Counted from the first letter of the stretch, positions 39,517 to 50,108 are shown. The stretch is DNA of 64,000 bases from Polyangiales bacterium (GCA_964202905.1 CAXNJO010000005.1:96001-160000), one strand, 5' to 3'. Numbers and translations are program-made. The notes: a model not told the origin generated them from the sequence alone.

Positions 39517-40938
39517 ATGCGCCGCTGCAAGATCGTCTGCACGCTCGGTCCCGCCTCGAACACCCTCGAGCGCATCCGCGAGCTGATCGCCGCCGGCATG
39601 GACTGCGCGCGGCTCAACTTCTCGCACGGCAGCCACGCCGACCACGCCCGCGTCGCGGGCTTCGTGCGCGAGGCGAGCGCGGAGCTCGGGAAGCCGGTCG
39701 CGCTGCTCGCCGACCTCTCCGGCCCGAAGATGCGCGTCGGCCGCTTCCCCGGCGGGCCGATCACGCTCGTGCCGGGCGCGACGTTCACGCTCACCACGCG
39801 CGACGTGCCGGGCGACGCCGACATCGTGTCGGTGACGTACAAGCCGCTGCCGCTCGACGTCGTGCCCACGGACCGCGTCCTGCTCGACGACGGCCTGCTC
39901 ACGCTCGAGGTCGTCGAGGTGAAGGACGACACCGACGTCGTCTGCAAGGTCATCGTCGGCGGCCCCCTCTCCAACAACAAGGGTCTCAACCTCCCCGGCG
40001 CCAAGCTGAGCGCGCCCGCCCTCACGGAGAAGGACGAGGTCGATCTCGAGTTCGCGGTCGGCACGCTCGACGTCGACTACGTCGCGCTCTCCTTCGTGCG
40101 GACGCCCGAGGACGTGCGGCAGGCGCAGCGGCTCGCGCGCGGCAAGCCCGTCATCGCCAAGATCGAGAAGCCCGAGGCCATCGCCTGCCTCGACGAGATC
40201 CTCGACGTCGCGGACGGCGCGATGGTCGCGCGCGGCGACCTCGGCGTGGAGCTCGGCTCCGAGAAGGTGCCGATCATCCAGAAGCGCATCATCCGCGAGG
40301 TCAACCGCCGCGGGAAGATCGTCATCACCGCGACGCAGATGCTCGACTCGATGATCCGCAACCCGACGCCGACGCGCGCCGAGGCCGCCGACGTCGCGAA
40401 CGCGGTGCTCGACCAGACGGACGCGGTGATGCTCAGCGGCGAGACGGCGTCGGGCGTCTACCCGATCGAGTCGGTGAAGATGATGGCAGCCATCATCCTC
40501 GAGGTGGAGTCCGCGTGGCTCGCGGGCGAGGCCGGCGTGCAGACCGAGCGCGCGGTGCTCTCGCCCCAGGACTGGGGCGGCTGGGACTTCGCGAACGCCG
40601 CCGCACGTGCCGCGACGCTCATGGCGGGCGCGCTCCCGCTGAAGGCCATCGTGACCTTCACACGTGATGGTCGGACTGCGCGGCTGCTGAGCGAGTACCG
40701 CCCGCGTGCGCCGATCATCGCCGTCACGCCGAAGCCGCAGGTCGCCTCGCGGCTCGCGCTCGAGTGGGGCGTGTCCGCGCGCGTCGAGGTGCCGCCCGAG
40801 CACTCCGAGGAAGTGCTCCGCATCGCCTGCGCGCTCCTCGTCCGCGAGAAGATCTGCGGGCGCGGCGATTCGTTCGCCATCGTCGCGGGGTGGCCCGCCT
40901 CGGGCGGCTCCAACACCGTGAAGCTGCACCGGCTGTGA
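39517..40938 (+). CDS. pyk: Pyruvate kinase
   Basis: KIVCTLGPAS, RLNFSHG, AKIEK, MVARGDLGVE, ATQMLDSM, DAVMLSGETA. Confidence 0.97.
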   Translation: MRRCKIVCTLGPASNTLERIRELIAAGMDCARLNFSHGSHADHARVAGFVREASAELGKPVALLADLSGPKMRVGRFPGGPITLVPGATFTLTTRDVPGDADIVSVTYKPLPLDVVPTDRVLLDDGLLTLEVVEVKDDTDVVCKVIVGGPLSNNKGLNLPGAKLSAPALTEKDEVDLEFAVGTLDVDYVALSFVRTPEDVRQAQRLARGKPVIAKIEKPEAIACLDEILDVADGAMVARGDLGVELGSEKVPIIQKRIIREVNRRGKIVITATQMLDSMIRNPTPTRAEAADVANAVLDQTDAVMLSGETASGVYPIESVKMMAAIILEVESAWLAGEAGVQTERAVLSPQDWGGWDFANAAARAATLMAGALPLKAIVTFTRDGRTARLLSEYRPRAPIIAVTPKPQVASRLALEWGVSARVEVPPEHSEEVLRIACALLVREKICGRGDSFAIVAGWPASGGSNTVKLHRL

Positions 40939-41010
40939 CGCGGCGCGCGATCCACGAAGCGCACGGCCCCACGGGCCGCGGCGCGCGGGCGGACGGCTGA
41001 GCACGCCGGC

Positions 41011-42384
41011 ATGAGCGTCGACGTCCCGCAGCGCATCGGGCGCTACACCATCGATCGCCTGATCGGGTCGGGCGCGATGGGCAACGTCTTCCTCGGGCGC
41101 GACCCCGAGCTCGACCGCGCCGTCGCGGTCAAGACGGTGCGCACGCGCGACCTCGCCCCCGAGGCGCGCCAGCTCTACCTCGATCGCTTCAAGAACGAGG
41201 CGCGCGCCGCTGCGCGGCTGCACCACCCGCACATCGTCGCCGTGTACGACGTGGGCGAGGACGCCGACGTTGGGCCGTATCTCGTGCTCGAGTACGTCGC
41301 GGGCTCCAGCCTCAAGCAGCTGCTCGGCGGGCGCGGGCCGCTCGACCCGGTGGCCTGCGTCGCGCTCGCGGAGCAGATCGGCCGCGCGATCGACACCGCG
41401 CATGCGTCGGGGATCATCCACCGCGACATCAAGCCCGACAACCTGCTCGTCACGCCGGAGGGCCGCACGAAGCTCGCGGACTTCGGCGTCGCGCGCGTCC
41501 CCGACGCGGCGCTCACGCGCGAAGGGCAGTTCCTCGGCACGCCCTGCTACGCGTCGCCCGAGACGCTGCGCACGGGCGAGTACGGGCCGCACACCGACCT
41601 GTTCTCCTTCGCGGCGGTGCTCTACGAGGCCGTGAGCGGCGCGCGCGCCTTCCCCGGCGACGAGGCCGTCGCCGTCGCGCACAAGGTCCTGCACGACGAC
41701 CCGCCCGCCCCGAGCACCGTCGCCCGCGCCGGCGCGACCGTGCCGCCCGCGGTCGACGCCCTCATCCTGCGCGCGCTCTCGAAGGACGCCGCGCGCCGCC
41801 CCGGCACCGCGACCGACCTCGCCCGCGGCCTGCGCGCCGCGTACGCCGGCGCCGTCGACCCCCCTGCGCCGGGGACCGAGAGCACCCTCGATCAGGCGCT
41901 CGCCCCGTCGCCGCAGGGAGCGCGGAGCAGCACCGCGATCTTCCTCGCCGTGATCGCCATCGGGCTCATCGGCAGCGTGGGGCTCGTGCTCTGGCTCGGC
42001 AGCGAAGAACCGCTGCCGCCGGTCCCGCCCACGGCCGCGGACGCCGGCGCTGACACCCGCGCGGCGAGCGACGCCGACACCGTGCTCGCCGCGGCGACGG
42101 ACGCGGGCCCGGACCTCGGCCCCGAGGACGCAGGCTTCGACGCGGGCGCTGCGGACGCAGGCCTCGACGCGGGCATGGAGCCCATCGACGCGGGCGCGCC
42201 GCCGACGCTCACGGCACGGCAGCGCGAAGAGGGCGCGAAGGACCTCGTCGAACACGCGCGCGACCTGCTCACGACGGGCGATCTCGCCGGCGCGACGCAG
42301 GCCGTCGAGGAGGCGCGGCGCCTCGACCCGGGCAACAGCGACCTCGATGCAGTCGCGACCGCCATCGCGGCCGCCCGCCCCTGA
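41011..42384 (+). CDS. Membrane Hanks-type Ser/Thr protein kinase
   Basis: IGSGAMGNV, VAVK, HRDIKPDN, DFGVA, YASPE; TM; TPR-like end. Confidence 0.93.
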   Translation: MSVDVPQRIGRYTIDRLIGSGAMGNVFLGRDPELDRAVAVKTVRTRDLAPEARQLYLDRFKNEARAAARLHHPHIVAVYDVGEDADVGPYLVLEYVAGSSLKQLLGGRGPLDPVACVALAEQIGRAIDTAHASGIIHRDIKPDNLLVTPEGRTKLADFGVARVPDAALTREGQFLGTPCYASPETLRTGEYGPHTDLFSFAAVLYEAVSGARAFPGDEAVAVAHKVLHDDPPAPSTVARAGATVPPAVDALILRALSKDAARRPGTATDLARGLRAAYAGAVDPPAPGTESTLDQALAPSPQGARSSTAIFLAVIAIGLIGSVGLVLWLGSEEPLPPVPPTAADAGADTRAASDADTVLAAATDAGPDLGPEDAGFDAGAADAGLDAGMEPIDAGAPPTLTARQREEGAKDLVEHARDLLTTGDLAGATQAVEEARRLDPGNSDLDAVATAIAAARP

Positions 42385-42398
42385 GCGCAGCACGCCGC

Positions 42399-42959
42399 AT
42401 GACCGAGCCTGCGCCCGACCCGTCGACACCCACCGGGCCCGCGCCCGACCCATCGGCCCCGAGCGAGCCCGCGTCGCTCATCGTGGAGTGGTACCGCGTG
42501 GACGTCTCCGCGCGCGTCGCCCGCGTGCTCGTGCCGAGCATGCTGCTGATGACGCTCGGCGCGTCGCTCGCGGTGCTCGCGTCAGCGGGTCGCATCGACC
42601 TCGCGCAGGTGATGGACTCCTGGCACTGGCGCGTACCGATGACGGTGATGGGACTCGGCACGATCGCGTGGTCGGGCTTCCGCGCGATCTTCGGCCTGCA
42701 GCGCCTGCTCGCCGAGGACGCCTGCCTCGTCGTGCGGACGGATGCGCTCGTCTTCCTCGACGGGGGCCCGCGCTTCGAGACGCCGTGGGACGACCTCGAG
42801 GACATCGCGTGGGACGCGCCGTCCCGCGCCCTCGTGCTGCGCCTGCGCGACGGGCACGAGACGCGCCTCACACAGCGTTTCGCGGGCGTCGATGGTCCCG
42901 CGCTCGCGAAGCGCCTCGTGCGCGTCCGCCAGCGCGCGCTCTTCGGACTCGCGAACTGA
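42399..42959 (+). CDS. Hypothetical two-TM membrane protein
   Basis: Two hydrophobic segments and a small beta domain; 14 bp after the kinase stop. Confidence 0.65.
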   Translation: MTEPAPDPSTPTGPAPDPSAPSEPASLIVEWYRVDVSARVARVLVPSMLLMTLGASLAVLASAGRIDLAQVMDSWHWRVPMTVMGLGTIAWSGFRAIFGLQRLLAEDACLVVRTDALVFLDGGPRFETPWDDLEDIAWDAPSRALVLRLRDGHETRLTQRFAGVDGPALAKRLVRVRQRALFGLAN

Positions 42960-42966
42960 ACGTCGT

Positions 42967-43350
42967 TCAGTAGCTGGACGCGGCCCCCGGCTGGATCGAG
43001 GTGTCCGCGGTCTCCTCCCCATCGATGTCCGTCTCCGACGACGCCTCGTTCGGCGCGCCCGCGACGAGCGTCGACGCATCCCCCGAGAGCGCCAGCGGTG
43101 CACCGAGGGAGTCACCGGCGCCGGGGCGGGACGCCTTCACGAACGCGGCCTGGGTCCAGGCCGTCGCGCCGCGCGTGAAGACGTAGGCCGCGACCGCGGC
43201 CGGCGCCGCATCGCTGGTCGGGTCGCCACCGACGCCGGTCGCCGCCGACGACTCTTCGTACGCGCCCACGGCGAGCACGCGTCCGTCCGCGGAGAACGAC
43301 ACCGAATGGCCGAACAGGTCGCCCGGCCCCGTGTTCGACGGCAGGACCCA
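42967..43350 (-). pseudogene. Degenerate two-blade FG-GAP fragment
   Basis: PSNTGPGDLFGHSVSFSADGRVLAVGAYEESS..AYVF..FVKASRPGAGDSLG..GAASSY; no signal peptide. Confidence 0.7.
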
Positions 43351-43440
43351 GGGCCCTGCACCCGCGATGCCGCGACGCGTCGTCGTGGCGCCGAGTATCC
43401 GCGCGCGGCGGGGTGCTGCACAGCCCCCGAAGCCCCGCGG

Positions 43441-46197
43441 TCAGTACGCGTACACGGCGCCCGAATCCGGCTCGGCAGCGCTGGTCGCGTCGCCGCCGAT
43501 CCCCGTCGCGCCCGAGTCTTCGCCGGGCGCCGCGCCCACGAGCGTCTCGCCGTCCCCCGACATCGCGAGCACGGTGCCGAAGAAGTCGGTCGTCGCGGTG
43601 TTCGACGCCTTCACGTACGCCGTCTGCGACCAGACGCTCGCGACGCGCCGGAACACGTAGGCGGCCCCCGCGCCCGGTGCGGCGTTGCTGGCCTCGTCGC
43701 CGCCGATGCCGGTCGCCAGCGAGAACTCGTTGCTGGCGCCGACGAGCAACGTCGAGCCATCCATCGACAACGACACGGCGCTGCCGAAGTAATCGTTTCT
43801 CCCGACGTTCGAGGCCTTCACGTACGCGTCGAATCCCCACGTCGACATCGTCCGCCGATACACGTACACGGCACCGGAATACGGTGTGGCGTCGCTCGCG
43901 CCGTCACCACCGATTCCCGAGGACGACGAGCCTTCGTAGGGCGCCCCCACCGCCAGCGCGATGCCATCCGACGACAGCGCGACCGCGCGACCGAAGTTGT
44001 CGTCCAGCCCCGTGTTCGACGCCTTCACGTAGGCCTCCTGGGACCAGGTCGACGACACGCGCCGGAACACGTAGACGGCCCCCGCACCGAGCGTGGCATT
44101 GCTCGTCGCGTCGCCTCCGACGCCGACCGCGCTCGAGTCCTCTTCGGGCGCACCGACCGCGAGCACGAGCCCGGACGCGAGCGACACCGCGCTCCCGAAC
44201 AGGTCGCCGGCGCCCGTGTTCGACGCCTTCACGTACGCTTCCTGCGACCACGCGCCGAGCGCACGCCGGAACACGTAGACGGCGCCCGCGTCCATGGCCG
44301 ACTCGCTGGTCTGGCTCCCACCGATCCCCGCCGCGCCCGAGTCCTCACGGGGCGCGCCCACGGCGAACGTCACGCCATCCGGCGAGACCGCGACCGCCGT
44401 CCCGAACTCGTCCCCGGCCCCCGTGTTCGAGGCCTTCACGTACGCCTCCTGCGCCCACACGCCCATCGTGCGGCGGAACACGTACGCAGCCCCCGCATCC
44501 GCCGCGGCGTTGCCCGCCTGCGCCCCGCCGATCCCGGTCGCCGAGGCGTCCTCTTTCGACGCGCCCACGACGAGCACCGAGCCGTCGGACGAGAGCGCCA
44601 CCGCCGCGCCGAAGCCGTCGTAGGGCTCGGTGTTGGACGCCTTCACGTAGGCCTCCTGCGCCCATGTGCCCGCGGTGCGGCGGAACACGTAGACGGCGCC
44701 CGCGCCGGCCGCGCCGTCGTTCGACTGCACGCCGCCGACCCCCGTCGCGCTCGACGCCTCTTCGCACGCGCCGACCGCCAGCGTCGCGCCGTCGGCCGAG
44801 AGCGCCAACGAGCAGCCGAATTGATCGACGCTGCCCGTGTTCGACGCCTTCAGGTAGACGCCCGAGCGCACGAGCGTGATCGTGTACGTGCGCGAGACGC
44901 CGCTCTCCGCCGTGACGACCACGACGATTGCGCGCGGCGCGAAGCCCGGGCTCGCCGCGAGCTCCACGGGTGTTCCGCTCGCAGAGACGACACCATCGAC
45001 GGCGATGGTCGCGCCTGCCGGGAACGCCACGCGCGGCGTGAGCGTCGCCGAGGTCGCGCCGGGCGCGAGCACGAGCGCGTACTCCGTCGTGTCCCCCGCG
45101 AAGGACGGCCCGAGCGCGGCGCCTGCGCCGACCGAGAGCGCCGAGAGCGCCGGGTCGTCCCACACGCAGCCCCCCGCCCCGCGCCCGTCGCCCGCGAAGC
45201 CGGGCGGGCACGCGCACGCGAAGTCGCCGACGCCGTTCACGCAGGCCTCCGGCATGTCGTCGCAGTCGTCGGTGTTCGTCGCGCACTCGTCGACGTCGGC
45301 GCAGCCGGCCGCGCCGCGCCCCGTCCCCTCGTAACCGGGCGGACACGTGCACGCGTAGTCACCCGGCGCGTTGACGCAGACCGCGGCGGGTGCGTCGTCG
45401 CAGTCGGCCATCCCTTCGACACACTCGTCGACGTCGGCACACGTGATCGTCGGCGTCGCCGCCGCGCGGTAGCCCGACGGGCAGAAGCACGCGTACGAGC
45501 CGGCGTTGTCCACGCACGTCCCGGGGCCGCACGGGTTCGTCACCGCCGCGCATTCGTCCGCGTTCACGCACGCCGCCCCAGCACGCATGTACCCGGCGGG
45601 GCACGGGACGGCCGCGTCGACGCCGGCGTCGGCGTCCCCCGCGTCCGGATCGCCCGCGTCGACACCGAGGTCGCGCGCGCCGCCATCCCCCGCGCCCGGA
45701 TCGCGTGCCGGGTCGAACGGCTCGAGCGTCCCCGGCTCGACGAACGCATCGACGCACGCGCCGTCGCTGCACGTCTGGTCGTCGCCGCAGCGCACGCCCG
45801 CGCAGCGCTCCCGCAGGTGCAGGCGCACGATCCGCCGCTCGCCCTCGACGAAGCGCGTGCGCACCTGCGCCTCGACGCGATCGATCCCCGCGAGGCGTCC
45901 GATGGCGCGGATCCGCACGGGCGTGCTGCCCGGCTCCCGCGGCCGCACGCCGAGTGTCACCGGGAGCCGCGCCGCGCCCGCGAGGCTCGTCTTCGCCTCG
46001 AGCGGGATGGCCTCCGTGCCCTCGATCGTCACGAGCACCTCGTCGAGCGCGCCCGGCACCGCGAGGTCGGAGTCGACCACGACCACCAGCTCGGTGAGCG
46101 CCGGCGTGCACGCAGGCAGCACGACGAGCGAGAGCGCCGCGAGGAGCGAGACCGCGGCGGGAAGAAGCGCGAAGCGACGAGGGAAGCGCGAGGACAT
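43441..46197 (-). CDS. Lipoprotein adhesin: Ca-binding EGF repeats, cadherin-like domain, 7-bladed FG-GAP propeller
   Basis: VLPAC lipobox; DVDEC..CVNAPGDYACTC EGF units; LSALSVGAG..YTITLVRS; seven Y[LV]KASNT-type blades. Confidence 0.85.
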   Translation of the reverse strand: MSSRFPRRFALLPAAVSLLAALSLVVLPACTPALTELVVVVDSDLAVPGALDEVLVTIEGTEAIPLEAKTSLAGAARLPVTLGVRPREPGSTPVRIRAIGRLAGIDRVEAQVRTRFVEGERRIVRLHLRERCAGVRCGDDQTCSDGACVDAFVEPGTLEPFDPARDPGAGDGGARDLGVDAGDPDAGDADAGVDAAVPCPAGYMRAGAACVNADECAAVTNPCGPGTCVDNAGSYACFCPSGYRAAATPTITCADVDECVEGMADCDDAPAAVCVNAPGDYACTCPPGYEGTGRGAAGCADVDECATNTDDCDDMPEACVNGVGDFACACPPGFAGDGRGAGGCVWDDPALSALSVGAGAALGPSFAGDTTEYALVLAPGATSATLTPRVAFPAGATIAVDGVVSASGTPVELAASPGFAPRAIVVVVTAESGVSRTYTITLVRSGVYLKASNTGSVDQFGCSLALSADGATLAVGACEEASSATGVGGVQSNDGAAGAGAVYVFRRTAGTWAQEAYVKASNTEPYDGFGAAVALSSDGSVLVVGASKEDASATGIGGAQAGNAAADAGAAYVFRRTMGVWAQEAYVKASNTGAGDEFGTAVAVSPDGVTFAVGAPREDSGAAGIGGSQTSESAMDAGAVYVFRRALGAWSQEAYVKASNTGAGDLFGSAVSLASGLVLAVGAPEEDSSAVGVGGDATSNATLGAGAVYVFRRVSSTWSQEAYVKASNTGLDDNFGRAVALSSDGIALAVGAPYEGSSSSGIGGDGASDATPYSGAVYVYRRTMSTWGFDAYVKASNVGRNDYFGSAVSLSMDGSTLLVGASNEFSLATGIGGDEASNAAPGAGAAYVFRRVASVWSQTAYVKASNTATTDFFGTVLAMSGDGETLVGAAPGEDSGATGIGGDATSAAEPDSGAVYAY

Positions 46198-46272
46198 CGC
46201 CGCGAGTATCGGCGGGCCTGCACGCGCTTGCCAAGCGCGACGCGCGCGATCGGCTCCGCCGACCGGCGGCGT

Positions 46273-48153
46273 TCAGCCGTCGACGACGTCCGCCGCGCGG
46301 GCGTCACCCATCTCGACGCCGCCCGCCGGGAAGTACTCCGACCAGCGCCGCGCGACGAGGGCCTCCGTCTCGGGCGCAGCCTCGACGGCCTTCGGATACC
46401 AGGGCTTCATGCGCGCATCGAGCACGACGGGCCCCTCGTAGGCGAGGTGGTGCCGCTGCACGCGCACGTCACGCGCGTGCAGATCGTTCGCGGGCTCGAA
46501 GCGCGTGAACACCGTCCACAGGAACGCGGGCACGCTCGACGTCGCGCGCGCCGCGTCGTCGACGAGCGCGACGAAGGGCCACGCGGCGAGGCGCGGATCG
46601 GCCGCGAGGCGACGGAGCGCGTCGTCGTCGCGCGGGTGCTGCGCGCCCTCCGGCGCCGACGGATAGCGCGGCCCCGACACGACGAGCGCCCCCGGACAGA
46701 ACGCGCGCGCCTGCGAGAAGCCCTCGGGCGGTGGCCCCTGCCACGCCTGCGGCAGGTCGCGAATCGCGGGCCCGACACCCAACATCACACCCTTGCTGCC
46801 CTTGTTCACCTCGGGTCCCGCGTAATCGAGCGTGTCCATCGCCGAGTTCGAGAACACGTAGAGATCCGTGGGCCACGAGACGCGCGCGAGCACGTGCTCG
46901 AACACGGCGCGGAAGTCCTTGAGATCGAGCGGCGCGTCCGTGACGAGCAGGAACTTCGTCAGCGACAACTGCCCCTCTCCGAGGACGCGAAACGCGCTCA
47001 CGAGCGCCTCGCGCGGATACCGCTCCTTCACGACGGCGGCGGTGAGCGCGTGAAACCCCGTCTCGCCGTACGACCAGAGATCCCGCACCGTGGGCATCAC
47101 CACCGGGAAGAGCGGCGAGAGGAGCTCTTGCAGGTATTCACCGATGAAGAAGTCCTCCTGGCGCGGCTTGCCGACGACCGTCGCGGGCCAGATCGCGTCT
47201 TTGCGGCGAAACACACGCTTGCACTCGAAGACGGGATAATCGTGCTGGAGTGAGTAATAGCCGTAGTGGTCGCCAAACGGCCCTTCCGGACGGCGCACGC
47301 GCGGCGGCACGACGCCCGAGAGCACGAACTCCGCGCGACCGACGAGCGGGTGCGGCGAGCGCGCGTCGTGGACGAGCGGCAGCTTCTCGCCGAGCAGCAG
47401 CGACGCGAGCATCAGCTCGGGCACGCCCTCGGGCAGCGGCGCGATGGCGCTCAGGATGAGCGCGGGCGGACCGCCCACCGTGATCGAGAGAGGCAGCGCC
47501 TCGTCGCGCGCCTCGGCGAGCTGGTGGTGAAAGCCGCCGCCCTTGCCGATCTGCCAGTGAATCCCGGTGTGCGCGTCGTCGTAGCGCTGCACGCGGTACA
47601 TCCCGAGGTTGTGCTCGACGTGGTCGCCGTGCGCGGGGTCGTGCGGGCCGGGGCGCTCCGTGTAGACGAGCGGCAGCGTGACGAAGTGCCCGCCGTCCTC
47701 GGGCCAGAGCTTCAAGAGCGGCAGCTCGCCGAGGCGCGGCGGCTCGTCGACGGCCTCCGTGATCGGCCCGCGCCCGCTGTGCTTCATCCCGATGCGCAGG
47801 CCCTGCGAGAGAAACGCGCGCTGCTTCCAGAGCCGGCCCGGCGTCGGCGGCAGCATCGTCTGCGGCAGCGCCGCGGCCTGCCGCACGAACGCCTGCGGAC
47901 GCGCGCCGAACGCGAGCGACACGCGGCGCGAGGTGCCGAAGAGGTTCGTGACGACGGGATACGGCGAGCCCTTCACGCGTCGGAAGAGGAGCGCCGGCCC
48001 CTGCGCCGCGATCACGCGGCGGTGGATCTCGGCGAGCTCGAGGGTCGGATCGACCTCCGCGTCGATCGTCACGACCTCACGTTCGCGCTCGAGCAGGGCG
48101 AGGAGCGCACGCAAATCACGCAGCATGGGAGCGTCGGCAGGGGTGTCGGCCAT
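46273..48153 (-). CDS. UbiD-family prFMN-dependent decarboxylase (possibly menaquinone pathway)
   Basis: VVTNLFGT, WPEDGG, NLGMYR, EGPFGDHYGYYS, TVVGKPRQED, DTLDY. Confidence 0.92.
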   Translation of the reverse strand: MADTPADAPMLRDLRALLALLEREREVVTIDAEVDPTLELAEIHRRVIAAQGPALLFRRVKGSPYPVVTNLFGTSRRVSLAFGARPQAFVRQAAALPQTMLPPTPGRLWKQRAFLSQGLRIGMKHSGRGPITEAVDEPPRLGELPLLKLWPEDGGHFVTLPLVYTERPGPHDPAHGDHVEHNLGMYRVQRYDDAHTGIHWQIGKGGGFHHQLAEARDEALPLSITVGGPPALILSAIAPLPEGVPELMLASLLLGEKLPLVHDARSPHPLVGRAEFVLSGVVPPRVRRPEGPFGDHYGYYSLQHDYPVFECKRVFRRKDAIWPATVVGKPRQEDFFIGEYLQELLSPLFPVVMPTVRDLWSYGETGFHALTAAVVKERYPREALVSAFRVLGEGQLSLTKFLLVTDAPLDLKDFRAVFEHVLARVSWPTDLYVFSNSAMDTLDYAGPEVNKGSKGVMLGVGPAIRDLPQAWQGPPPEGFSQARAFCPGALVVSGPRYPSAPEGAQHPRDDDALRRLAADPRLAAWPFVALVDDAARATSSVPAFLWTVFTRFEPANDLHARDVRVQRHHLAYEGPVVLDARMKPWYPKAVEAAPETEALVARRWSEYFPAGGVEMGDARAADVVDG

Positions 48154-48234
48154 GGGCTTCGCGAGTGTAGCGACGACGTGGGGCCACGTCCGCGCGCCGA
48201 CCACTGCGGCGACGCTGCGCCACGGCGCGCGCGC

Positions 48235-49071
48235 TCAGCCGAAGAGCGCGGCCGTGATCGGCAGGGCCGGCGCGCCTGTCGGGCCCGTGAGCACGCGGCG
48301 CGCCTCGAGGTCCGCGGCGAGGCACGCATCCGCGAGCGCGACGCGCGCCTCGCACGACGCAGGGAGCGCCGGCACCGCGAGCGGCAGCGCGAGCGCGCGC
48401 ACGGGCGCGTCGCTCGAGAGCAGATGCTCGTGCAGCGCGTGCCCGAGCGCGAGCACCGCCGCGCCGCCCGCAGCGACCTCGGCGATGAGCGCGTGCGCGT
48501 CCGCGGACGCGAGCGCCGCCTGGACCGCCGCGCCACGCGCCGCCGCGACGAGGACCACCACGCCCCCCTCGTCGAGCATCGAGAGCGCGTCCTGCTCGCG
48601 CGTGCGCGCCCCCGGCAGACGCGGTGCGCCGTCGACGACGTGCCCGCGGAGCGCGGCCCGCTGCCGCGCGTTCACCGCGCGCTTGCTCGCGGGGAACGTC
48701 GCCCAGACCAGCATGTTCAGGAAGTCGTGCCAGCACGCGGCGCGGCTCGGCACCTCGCCCCGCACGTAGATCCGCTCGTCGTAGAGGGTCGCGACCTCCA
48801 CCGGCGCGCGGCGCCGGCGCGCGCGCGTCTTCGGCGGCGACGGCGCGAAGGTGATCGGCACGCCCGCGGCCGAGACGAGCGGCCCCGCGAGCCCGCCCGC
48901 CTCGAGCGCCGCGCGCCACCCCTCGGGCGCCGGCCACGCCGCGCAGCCCGCGAAACACGCCGCCGCGGGCCCGAGCACCGCGTGCGCCGGGTGCCCGGCG
49001 ACGAAGCCCGCGTCCCAGTCCGCGCGCGGCACGAGCGGCCCGCGCAGCGCCGTCCACGCGGCGTCGCGCAC
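48235..49071 (-). CDS. DUF3025-like protein
   Basis: YDERIYVRGEVPSR..WHDFLNMLVWATFP..LSMLDEGG..GHALHE. Confidence 0.75.
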   Translation of the reverse strand: MRDAAWTALRGPLVPRADWDAGFVAGHPAHAVLGPAAACFAGCAAWPAPEGWRAALEAGGLAGPLVSAAGVPITFAPSPPKTRARRRRAPVEVATLYDERIYVRGEVPSRAACWHDFLNMLVWATFPASKRAVNARQRAALRGHVVDGAPRLPGARTREQDALSMLDEGGVVVLVAAARGAAVQAALASADAHALIAEVAAGGAAVLALGHALHEHLLSSDAPVRALALPLAVPALPASCEARVALADACLAADLEARRVLTGPTGAPALPITAALFG

Positions 49072-49084
49072 GGCCCCGCGGCCC

Positions 49085-49990
49085 TCAACAGAGATAACGC
49101 TCACCGGTATCACAGAGGATGGTCACGACGCGCTGCCCCGGCGCGAGCGTCTTGGCGACCTCGACCGCCGCGTGCACGTTCGCGCCCGCGCTCGGCCCCG
49201 CGAGGATGCCCTCCTCGCGCGAGAGGCGGCGCATCGCGCGGTCCGCCGCGACATCCGACACCGTGACGATCTCGTCGTAAACGCGGGTGTCGAGGATGCG
49301 CGGCACGAAGCCTGCGCCGAGCCCCTGGATGCCATGCAGCCCCGGCTTGCCCCCAGAGAGCACCGCGCTCGCCTTCGGCTCGACCGCGACGATGCGCACC
49401 CCGGGTCGACGCGCGCGCAGCACGCGCCCGACGCCCGTGAGCGTGCCCCCCGTGCCCACGCCCGCGACGAACGCGTCGACGGCGCCGCCCGTCGCGCGCC
49501 AGATCTCCTCGGCCGTCGTGCGCGCGTGCGCATCCGGGTTCGCGGGGTTCTCGAACTGCCGTGGCATGAAGGCGTCCGTCTCCTTGCGGATCTGCGTCGC
49601 GCGCTCGACCGCGCCGCTCATGCCCTCCTGCGCCGGCGTGAGCACGACCTCGGCGCCATACGCGCGCAGGATCAGCCGCCGCGCGAGGCTCATGTCCTCG
49701 GGCATCACGAGCACGCAGCGGTAGCCGCGCACCGCGGCGATCATCGCGAGCGAGATCCCCGTGTTCCCGCTGGTCGCCTCGACGATCGTCGCGCCCGGGG
49801 CGAGCTTGCCCTCGGCCTCGGCCGCGTCGATCATCGCGAGCGCCGCGCGGTCCTTCACGCTGCCGCCCGGGCCCGCGCTCTCGAGCTTGGCGACGACCTC
49901 GGCGCCGCCCTTCGGGGAGAGCGCGCGCAGGCGCACGAGCGGCGTGCGGCCGATGAGCTCGGTGATTCCGTCGTAGATGCGGTCGTCCAA
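49085..49990 (-). CDS. cysK: Cysteine synthase A
   Basis: IGRTPLV, GSVKDR, EATSGNTG, GVGTGGT, IQGLGAG, DTGERYL. Confidence 0.93.
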   Translation of the reverse strand: MDDRIYDGITELIGRTPLVRLRALSPKGGAEVVAKLESAGPGGSVKDRAALAMIDAAEAEGKLAPGATIVEATSGNTGISLAMIAAVRGYRCVLVMPEDMSLARRLILRAYGAEVVLTPAQEGMSGAVERATQIRKETDAFMPRQFENPANPDAHARTTAEEIWRATGGAVDAFVAGVGTGGTLTGVGRVLRARRPGVRIVAVEPKASAVLSGGKPGLHGIQGLGAGFVPRILDTRVYDEIVTVSDVAADRAMRRLSREEGILAGPSAGANVHAAVEVAKTLAPGQRVVTILCDTGERYLC

Positions 49991-50108
49991 GGGGGCCCTG
50001 CGCTCGGAGGTTCGGGGACGCGCGGAGCCTAGCGCGAACCCGCGCCGTTCACGCGACGACGGAATCACCCCCGCCGCGCGCCGTCCGCGCGCCTCGCCGT
50101 GGCGCGCG

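Noticed and set aside
43441..43443. Selenocysteine recoding of the TGA
   Set aside because: The position matches the normal family C-terminus (SGAVYxY/F-stop, as at 17404 and 1824) and is not a Cys-equivalent site.
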